From positions 1,047,136 through 1,111,135 of the forward strand of contig CAVWJW010000008.1 in the NCBI GenBank assembly GCA_963755335.1: 64,000 bases of DNA, read 5' to 3'. This DNA comes from an uncultured Actinomycetes bacterium. Lineage in GTDB: Bacteria; Actinomycetota; Actinomycetes; S36-B12. Position 1 is the stretch's first letter, and each line of letters opens with the position of its first letter. The notes under the pieces were generated by a model that was not told the origin of the DNA, did not search any database, and worked only from the letters and a program-made list of their open reading frames with translations. A program made the translations under genes and the position numbers. Shown one piece after another: positions 58,093 to 64,000 of this stretch.

Positions 58093-58176
58093 CGACGCAC
58101 GGTCGCGTGCGCGACGCGCATCACGCGCGCAAGCGACCGTTTGTCATGTTCCACCGGCGTCACGACGCCGGCGCAC

Positions 58177-58249
58177 GGCCCCGTTGTGTAGTGGCCTAGC
58201 ACGCCGCCCTCTCAAGGCGGTAGCGCGGGTTCGAATCCCGTCGGGGCTA
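58177..58249 (+). tRNA. tRNA-Glu (anticodon CTC)
   Basis: Acceptor ggccccg/cggggct. D-arm gtgt...gcac. Anticodon arm ccgcc-ctCTCaa-ggcgg. T-arm gggttcgaatccc. The variable loop is 4 nt. Confidence 0.9.
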
Positions 58250-58255
58250 CGCGGG

Positions 58256-58290
58256 AAGGCCCAGGTCGCTGACCTGGGCCTTCGTCTTTT
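58256..58290. terminator. intrinsic terminator after the tRNA pair (may also serve the convergent methyltransferase gene)
   Basis: aaggcccaggt (58256-58266), loop cgctg, then acctgggcctt (58272-58282), followed by cgtctttt. Confidence 0.65.
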
Positions 58291-58302
58291 CCGGTGTCAT
58301 CC

Positions 58303-58935
58303 TCATGCGGCGGATCGTCGCAGCGCACGTACGACGACGTCGTCGAGCCGCACGCCCCGGCCGTCGGGTGCCGTCATCGTGCGGACTCTCTCGTCGGCCG
58401 TGATGACCTCCCACGTGCTGTCGGCCAGCGTGGCGGTGATGGCCGATACGGTGACGGAGGCCGCTTCGGGCGACCCGTGCCAGTGCCCGGCGCCCTGCAG
58501 GTGCCCGACGATGAGCAGCGTGCCTCCCGGCGACACCCATCCGCCGAGGCGGTCGTAGAACGCCAGCTGCGGCATTGACGGATGCGCGTAGTGCGTCGTG
58601 ACCAGGTCGAACTGAACACCGGGGTCCCAGACGGTCAGGTCCGCCTCGACCCAGCGGATGGCTGGCTCAGTCGCGTCGGTGCCGGCGTGGGCCGCGGCCC
58701 GGCCCAGCGCCTCTGCCGAGATGTCGGTGGCGGTGACCTGCCAACCCTGGGCCGCCAGCCAGCGGGCCTCGCCGCCCTCGCCGCAGCCGGCGTCGAGAGC
58801 AGTGCCGGGCCGCAGGTCGGGCGTCTCTGCGATGAGGTGGGGGTTGGGCGCGGGCGGCGCTCCGTCGGCGGTGCCGCGGAGAGGCGTCCCCTCCCAGTGG
58901 GCCTGCCAGTACGGCTCGTCGAACTCGTGCGCCAT
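58303..58935 (-). CDS. class I SAM-dependent methyltransferase
   Basis: Translation MAHEFDEPYWQAHW...ALDAGCGEGGEARWLAAQGWQVTATDIS (motif I)...FDLVTTHYAH...PGGTLLIVGH. The start is at the internal ATG (cat at 58933-58935). Confidence 0.8.
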   Translation of the reverse strand: MAHEFDEPYWQAHWEGTPLRGTADGAPPAPNPHLIAETPDLRPGTALDAGCGEGGEARWLAAQGWQVTATDISAEALGRAAAHAGTDATEPAIRWVEADLTVWDPGVQFDLVTTHYAHPSMPQLAFYDRLGGWVSPGGTLLIVGHLQGAGHWHGSPEAASVTVSAITATLADSTWEVITADERVRTMTAPDGRGVRLDDVVVRALRRSAA

Positions 58936-58996
58936 CGGTCGAGCATGGCAGAGCGGACCGGCTAGTGTGGCGCCGTTCGCATGGGGGGAGACGAGG

Positions 58997-59857
58997 ATGG
59001 GTCTGCGAGACCGGCTGCGCGGCACCGCACACCAGGATGATTCGGCCGAGGTGATCCTCGTCGTCGACCTGCCGGGGACGGTCGATGCCGGCCAGGTCCG
59101 CTCCGTCGTCACGGGCTGGGCCGCCGGTACGGTGCCGTCGCCGGACGCAGCCGTCCTGCTGTGCCCCGGAGTCGTACTCGGCGGCCCGGAGGCCGACGGG
59201 CCACGCCAGCGCTGGCTCGTGCTTGCGGCGAGCCCGAAGGAGGCCGCGGTCCTCATCTCGACTCCATCGACCGGCACCGCGGAAGCCCTCGTGGACCTCG
59301 CTTCCCTCGTCTCCGCATCCTGGGGGCGTTGTCGGCCCAGGCAGCGGGACGACCTGCTGGCGGGAACGCCCGCTCTCGCCCTCGCCCTTGCCGACGGACT
59401 GGCGCGCCGGTTCGACGGCACGGTCGGGATCGGCGCCGGGCAGCCGGCAGTCCCTCCACCTGCCGAGCCCACGCGCCTGGTGCTGCTTCGGGGGTGGCCC
59501 GATCCGGCCACCGCGTGTGCTGCACTTGCCTCGATCCTGCCGGGGCTCATGATCACGGGCGACGCGCAGAACGGGGAGGCGTGGGTTGCCCAGGAAGCGA
59601 CCGGCTTCGGCATGTGGCTGTCCGATCGCGAGGTCACTGCTCCGGGCGTGGACGGCTGGCTGAGCGACGCGGATCCGGCGACTGCACCCTTGCAGGTCGG
59701 TTCTGAGTTCGGCTGGGCCCTGTCCGTCGAGGGCCCGGACGACGTTCAGACGCCGCGCGCCGCCGAGGTGCTCGACGCTGCTGCGGTGGCACTCGCCCAG
59801 ATGTTCGACGGACGGGCGGTCGACGCCGCCGGTTTTCCCGTGCCGGATCCCCGTTAG
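58997..59857 (+). CDS. hypothetical protein (286 aa, Ala/Gly/Pro-rich, no recognisable domain)
   Basis: An ATG follows a gggggagacgagg RBS. GC3 is high throughout. It is divergent from the methyltransferase gene. Confidence 0.5.
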   Translation: MGLRDRLRGTAHQDDSAEVILVVDLPGTVDAGQVRSVVTGWAAGTVPSPDAAVLLCPGVVLGGPEADGPRQRWLVLAASPKEAAVLISTPSTGTAEALVDLASLVSASWGRCRPRQRDDLLAGTPALALALADGLARRFDGTVGIGAGQPAVPPPAEPTRLVLLRGWPDPATACAALASILPGLMITGDAQNGEAWVAQEATGFGMWLSDREVTAPGVDGWLSDADPATAPLQVGSEFGWALSVEGPDDVQTPRAAEVLDAAAVALAQMFDGRAVDAAGFPVPDPR

Positions 59858-60399
59858 CTGGGCGACAGGTCATCCCAGTCGGCGGGGTTCTTGCCGAGCG
59901 CCGTCCACACCTTCGCGCCCTCCGCGATGACCGTCTTCAGGGCTGCCTTCGATGCGGTCACGTTGGCCGGGTCGCGCCCGGGCCGGTAGCCGGCCTGGAA
60001 TGCGGCCGCCGCAGGCGCGAAGGCAGTGAGTGCCGCCACTCCCTTGGGCGCGCACTGCGGAGCCATGGCTGTCATCAGGGCCAGGGCGTCGTTGATCCGG
60101 GTGAAGATGGACGCGGTCTCGTTGTCGGTGTTGATGGCGAGCGCGGCGTAGTCGTAGTACGTCGTCAAGTGTGCCGCGGCCATGTCGAAGTCCGTGCAGC
60201 TCAGAGTCGACGTGTCGACCGGTGACGGTGGCGCCACGACGCCGGGCGCCGACGATGGAGCGGCGGCCGAGGGCGGGGCAGCGATGGCCGATGTCGGTGG
60301 CACGCCACCGACGGTCGACGGCGCCGTCGACGACGTGGATGCAGTGCTGCAGGCGGCGAGCAACGCGGCCGCTGCGGCGGCGATCAGGACAACTCTCAT
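59854..60399 (-). CDS. lipoprotein, unknown function
   Basis: Signal plus lipobox MRVVLIAAAAAALLAACS, then a Ser/Thr/Pro-rich linker and a helical domain with 2 Cys. Confidence 0.65.
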   Translation of the reverse strand: MRVVLIAAAAAALLAACSTASTSSTAPSTVGGVPPTSAIAAPPSAAAPSSAPGVVAPPSPVDTSTLSCTDFDMAAAHLTTYYDYAALAINTDNETASIFTRINDALALMTAMAPQCAPKGVAALTAFAPAAAAFQAGYRPGRDPANVTASKAALKTVIAEGAKVWTALGKNPADWDDLSPS

Positions 60400-60524
60400 G
60401 GCAGCCTCCCAATACGTGGCGGGGCCGCGTATTGGGCCCCCGTTCCCAACGTGCTGGTCTTCACGGTACGCCGAGTCAGGCGCTACCTCGTGCTGAGACG
60501 AGGCGCCGATGAGGGAATGGACGG

Positions 60525-62459
60525 CTACCAGATCTCGATGCGATCCTCCCGGGCGCGCATCATCGGGGCATCGTCCTCGAGGCCGTAGGCGACCTGGAAG
60601 TCGTCAAGGTTGGAGAACGGACCCCGCACGCGAAGGTGCCGGGGACTGTGCGGATCGACCTGTGCGAGGGTCCGGGCCAGTTCGTCGCTGGTGTTCCCGC
60701 GCCACAGGGTCGCGTGGGCCAGGAAGAAGCGCTGCGCCGGTGTGAGCCCGTCGACCGACGGAGCATCGGCACTCACACGGGCGTGCGCCCGTCTGGCGAG
60801 CGCAACGCCGCCGAGGTCGGCGATGTTCTCGCCCAGAGTCAGGCGACCGTTGACCTTGACGCCGTCGATGGCGTCATACGCATCGAACTGCTCGACAAGT
60901 CGATTGGCCAGGGCCGTGAAGGCCTCATGGTCCTCCGTCGTCCACCAGTCGCGGAACGCGCCGTTCTCGTCGAATCGACGCCCCTGATCGTCGAAGCCAT
61001 GCGTGATCTCATGCGCGATCACCGCGCCGATGCCGCCGTAGTTCACCGCGTCGTCGGCGTCGGCATCGAACATCGGCGGCTGCAGGATGCCGGCCGGGAA
61101 GACGATCTCGTTGCGGAACGGGTGGTAGTAGGCGTTGACGACGTGGGGAGGCATCTCCCACTCGGCGCGGTCGACCGGCTCCGGAAGCCGCCGCAACTGG
61201 CGTTCGACCTCGAACCTGGCGGCGTTGATGCGGTTCGCCGCGAAGGCGCCGCGATCGATCGACAGGCCCGACCAGTCGCGCCACACGTCGGGATAGCCGA
61301 TCTTGACGACGAGGGAGTCGAGCTTGACCTGCCCCTGCGCCTTCGTGGCATCGTTCATCCACTCGCGCGTCTGCAGTGACCTGCGCATCTCGCTGATGAT
61401 CTCCTGCACCATCGCCAGGGCACGATCCTTGGCGCTCGCCGGGAAGGTCTCCTCCACGAACCGCTGGCCGAGTGCCTCGCCCATGTCGCTTCCGAGGGCA
61501 TCCACGACTCGCTTGTAGCGCTCCTTTTGCTCCTTCTTGCCATGCACTCGCCGGCCGTAGAAGCCGAAGGCCTCCTCGTCGATCGCCTTGGTGAGGGCGT
61601 CGGCGGTGGACCTGACCACATGGAAGGCCAGGTACGCACGAAGCGTCTCGAGGTCGGTGCTCGTGATGATCTCGACCAGGGCGGCGAGGTACTCGGGGTT
61701 CTCGACGTTCACCACCTGCGCGCCACCTGCGCCGATGGCGCCGAGGTAGCCGGGCAGGTCGAGGTCGGGGGACAGGGCGGTCAGGGCCTCGAGATCGCGC
61801 TTGTTGAACGTCAGGTCGGGGTCGCGGCGGTCCTCGGCGCGCAGATGGCGCTCGGCCAGTCGGGTCTCGAACGCGAGCACGGCAGCACCCGTGGCCGGCC
61901 CGTCGTTCGGCGCCCCGACGTTCTCGAGCTGTGCGGCGACGTGCCCCACGTAGGCGTCGCGGAGCTCTGCGGCGCTCTCGGACTCGTTGAAATAGGAGTC
62001 GCGCTCAGGCAGGCCGAGGCCGGACTGCGCGAGCCAGAGCAGGTAGCGGCGGGAGTCCTCGTGGTCCACCTCGGTCGCCCACATGAAGAAGGCCGGGATC
62101 GAGTTGACGTGCAGGAGCGGGAGGACCGCCGTGACGTCGTCGTGGCTGGAGATGGCGTCCACAGCGTCGAGCAGTGGTCGGATGGCGGTGATGCCGGCCG
62201 CCTCGATCGCATCCGCGTCCATGCCGCTGGCGAAGTAGTCGCCCAGCATGCGGTCCAGTTCGTTCGTCGGTTCCTGCGCGGCCCGGACGAGGAGGTCGTG
62301 CAGGAGGTCCTCGTTCGCGGTCTGGACCTCCTCGAACGCGCCCCACGCCCCGTAGCCGGCCGGGATCGGATGAGTGTCGAGCCAGCCACCGTTGGCGAAT
62401 CGGTAGAAGTCGGCACCGGGATCGACCGACGTGTCGCGGTCGTCAGGGCTCAAGGTCAT
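60525..62459 (-). CDS. M13 family metallopeptidase (neprilysin/PepO-like)
   Basis: 644 aa. Motifs NAYY, zinc-binding VIAHEITHGFD, ENIADLGG, and the C-terminus ...RVNGPFSN...F..AY. Confidence 0.9.
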   Translation of the reverse strand: MTLSPDDRDTSVDPGADFYRFANGGWLDTHPIPAGYGAWGAFEEVQTANEDLLHDLLVRAAQEPTNELDRMLGDYFASGMDADAIEAAGITAIRPLLDAVDAISSHDDVTAVLPLLHVNSIPAFFMWATEVDHEDSRRYLLWLAQSGLGLPERDSYFNESESAAELRDAYVGHVAAQLENVGAPNDGPATGAAVLAFETRLAERHLRAEDRRDPDLTFNKRDLEALTALSPDLDLPGYLGAIGAGGAQVVNVENPEYLAALVEIITSTDLETLRAYLAFHVVRSTADALTKAIDEEAFGFYGRRVHGKKEQKERYKRVVDALGSDMGEALGQRFVEETFPASAKDRALAMVQEIISEMRRSLQTREWMNDATKAQGQVKLDSLVVKIGYPDVWRDWSGLSIDRGAFAANRINAARFEVERQLRRLPEPVDRAEWEMPPHVVNAYYHPFRNEIVFPAGILQPPMFDADADDAVNYGGIGAVIAHEITHGFDDQGRRFDENGAFRDWWTTEDHEAFTALANRLVEQFDAYDAIDGVKVNGRLTLGENIADLGGVALARRAHARVSADAPSVDGLTPAQRFFLAHATLWRGNTSDELARTLAQVDPHSPRHLRVRGPFSNLDDFQVAYGLEDDAPMMRAREDRIEIW

Positions 62460-62527
62460 GCGGGGCTCCTCCGGGTCGAGGGGAGCCTAACCGGCCGCAC
62501 TCGCCCGGATTGCGCTGATCGGCCGCA

Positions 62528-63232
62528 TCAGGCGCCGCCGGCCTCATCGGACAGTCGCGACGCCGCGCGCAGCAGGGCGGTGATCTGTGGCTTGGTCGGG
62601 TGCGCCAGCCGATCTACCGGTCCGGACAGCGAGACCGCGGCGACGACCGAGCCGTCCGGACCACGCACCGGTGCGGAGGCCGAGGCCACCCCGGGCTCCC
62701 GCTGGCCCTCGCTGTGCGCCCAGCCACGTTCGCGGACCGCCTCGAGGTCGCGACCGGTGAACGCGGACGCGCGAAGAGCGAGGCGCACCTCGGCGGGCTC
62801 GGCCCAGGCCACGAGCACCTGGGCGGCCGAGCCGGCGCGCATGGTCAGCAGCGCACCCACCGGGACACTGTCGCGGAGTCCGGACGCGGGCTCGGCGGCG
62901 GCGATGCACAGGCGGCTGTCACCCTGGCGCCGGTACACCTGCGCGCTCACGTGGGTGCGATCGCGCAGCGCTGCCACGGCCTCCTGAGCCCGCGGCAGCA
63001 GGGGATCGGTCTCGCCGCCCCACTGCAGCAGTCGCAGTCCGAGCCGGAATCGCCCGGTGCCGTCGCGCTCGAGCAGGCCGTGGTGCTCGAGGGCCACCGC
63101 GAGCCGATGCGCCGTCGGTCGCGGGATCCCGGTGCGCTCGACCAGTTCGGCGAGGCTGACGGGCTCCTGGCTCGCAGCCTGCAGCAGGGCTACCGTTTTG
63201 TCGACCACGCCGACTCCGCTACCATCGTCCAC
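62528..63232 (-). CDS. IclR family transcriptional regulator (LtbR-like, divergent from leuC)
   Basis: Translation [48 protein letters not shown] (wHTH), plus an IclR effector domain. The start is at GTG 63232. The longer ORF up to 63751 runs antisense to leuC. Confidence 0.85.
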   Translation of the reverse strand: MDDGSGVGVVDKTVALLQAASQEPVSLAELVERTGIPRPTAHRLAVALEHHGLLERDGTGRFRLGLRLLQWGGETDPLLPRAQEAVAALRDRTHVSAQVYRRQGDSRLCIAAAEPASGLRDSVPVGALLTMRAGSAAQVLVAWAEPAEVRLALRASAFTGRDLEAVRERGWAHSEGQREPGVASASAPVRGPDGSVVAAVSLSGPVDRLAHPTKPQITALLRAASRLSDEAGGA

Positions 63233-63247
63233 AAGTTGATACTGGTG

Positions 63248-63262
63248 TCTCACATAGTGAGA
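63248..63262. promoter_or_regulatory. palindromic operator tctcacATAgtgaga in the iclR-leuC intergenic region (LtbR-box-like)
   Basis: Perfect 6-bp inverted repeat with a 3-nt spacer, located 37 nt upstream of the leuC ATG. The core cacatagtgaga fits the LtbR motif CA(T/C)ATAGTG(A/G)GA as I recall it from Corynebacterium. Confidence 0.5.
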
Positions 63263-63298
63263 TGTCAAGGAGAATCGGTGATCGAGGCTGGAGGCATC

Positions 63299-64000
63299 AT
63301 GGGACGCACGCTCGCGCAGAAGGTGTGGGACGACCACGTCGTCCGACGCGCCGAGGGGGAACCCGACCTGCTGTACATCGACCTGCACCTCGTGCATGAG
63401 GTGACGAGCCCGCAGGCGTTCGACGGCCTGCGCGCCACCGGCCGCCCGGTGCGCCGCCCCGACCTCACTCTCGCGACCGAGGACCACAACGTCCCGACTG
63501 AGAACATCACACTGCCCATCGCGGACCCGATCTCGAAGGCACAGGTCGATGCGCTGCGCGCCAACTGCGCCGAGTTCGGCGTGCCGGTCTACTCGCTCGG
63601 CAATGTCGAGCAGGGCATCGTCCACGTGGTGGGCCCGCAGCTCGGCCTGACGCAGCCGGGCATGACGGTCGTGTGCGGCGACTCGCACACGTCGACCCAC
63701 GGCGCGTTCGGCGCGCTTGCCTTCGGCATCGGCACCAGCGAGGTCGAGCACGTTCTCGCGACGCAGACCCTGCCGCTGAAGCCGTTCAAGACGATGGCGA
63801 TCACCGTCGAGGGCGAGGTGCCCGCCGGCGTCTCGGCGAAGGACATCACGCTTGCCGTCATCGCGCGCATCGGAACCGGCGGCGGCCAGGGGTACGTCCT
63901 GGAGTACCGCGGATCGGCCATCCGGGCACTGTCGGTGGAAGGACGCATGACCCTGTGCAACATGTCCATCGAGGCCGGCGCGCGTGCGGGCATGGTGGCG
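63299..64000 (+). CDS. leuC: 3-isopropylmalate dehydratase large subunit (3-prime end outside the window)
   Basis: It is not in the ORF track because no stop falls inside the window. Own translation from ATG 63299 (RBS ggagg): [15 protein letters not shown]...[21 protein letters not shown]...[35 protein letters not shown]...[15 protein letters not shown]. Confidence 0.9.
   Translation, partial: MGRTLAQKVWDDHVVRRAEGEPDLLYIDLHLVHEVTSPQAFDGLRATGRPVRRPDLTLATEDHNVPTENITLPIADPISKAQVDALRANCAEFGVPVYSLGNVEQGIVHVVGPQLGLTQPGMTVVCGDSHTSTHGAFGALAFGIGTSEVEHVLATQTLPLKPFKTMAITVEGEVPAGVSAKDITLAVIARIGTGGGQGYVLEYRGSAIRALSVEGRMTLCNMSIEAGARAGMVA

Noticed and set aside
58021-60500. Genomic island or integrative element inserted at tRNA-Gln/tRNA-Glu
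   Set aside because: I saw no integrase, no direct repeat of a tRNA 3-prime end, and no compositional break. gltX-tRNA-Gln-tRNA-Glu is conserved actinobacterial synteny.
62528-63751. A 407-aa version of the IclR ORF, extending upstream to 63751
   Set aside because: The extension is antisense to the well-conserved 5-prime part of leuC and has no IclR-like sequence. The wHTH begins right after the GTG at 63232.

Overview
By eye the window is very GC-rich, roughly 70% (not computed). It looks like core chromosome of an actinobacterium. Gene order matches the conserved actinobacterial block known from Mycobacterium: etfBA, iscS, mnmA, ligA, gatCAB, ilvBNC, serA, leuB, gltX, tRNA-Gln/Glu, an IclR regulator and leuCD, plus glgE-glgB/glgP. 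I could not recognise any transposase, integrase, prophage, CRISPR array, toxin-antitoxin pair or defence system.

Content from left to right:
- an acyltransferase
- an ethylmalonyl-CoA-type module (ccr, mce, thiolase, meaB)
- an Rrf2 regulator divergent from a NitT/TauT-type ABC importer
- a thioredoxin-TPR protein
- the GlgE alpha-glucan cluster (glgB, glgE, glgP, glgX), interrupted by a SHOCT/DUF6325 pair
- enoyl-CoA hydratase, etfBA, cysteine desulfurase, mnmA, a MetE-like protein, ligA and gatCAB
- a large branched-chain amino-acid (BCAA) supercluster: ilvD, ilvBNC, serA, leuA, leuB, ilvE, cimA and leuC
- a DMT transporter, a pair of ABC exporters, gltX, tRNA-Gln and tRNA-Glu
- a methyltransferase, two uncharacterised proteins, an M13 peptidase and an IclR (LtbR-like) regulator

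Most notable observations:
1. Three separate leader-peptide elements lie in front of ilvB (Leu-Val-Val-Ile codons), leuA (Val-Leu-Leu codons complementary to the leuA Shine-Dalgarno) and cimA (Ile-Ile-Ile). The ilvB and cimA leaders are followed by attenuator terminators. An LtbR-type operator lies in front of leuC. The Ile-specific attenuator on citramalate synthase is the best candidate for something under-described.
2. At least 18 frame disruptions hit otherwise well-conserved, partly essential genes: ligA x2, ilvB x2, ilvN x2, ilvC x3, cimA x3, and one each in glgE, glgX, an FAH-family gene, a MetE-like gene, the ABC substrate-binding gene and an I78 lipoprotein gene. Every one is a net +1. 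Many sit in GG>GGG or CC>CCC runs. This points to systematic sequencing or assembly error rather than biology.
3. A MIRU-like tandem repeat of about 54 bp begins inside the ilvD stop codon region and is followed by a perfect 50-bp palindrome.
4. Two gene-decay scars are not explained by single-base errors: a PHP-domain gene with internal deletions, and a RidA/TetR junction that lacks both 5-prime ends.

All calls rest on reading translations and sequence by eye. No database search was run.
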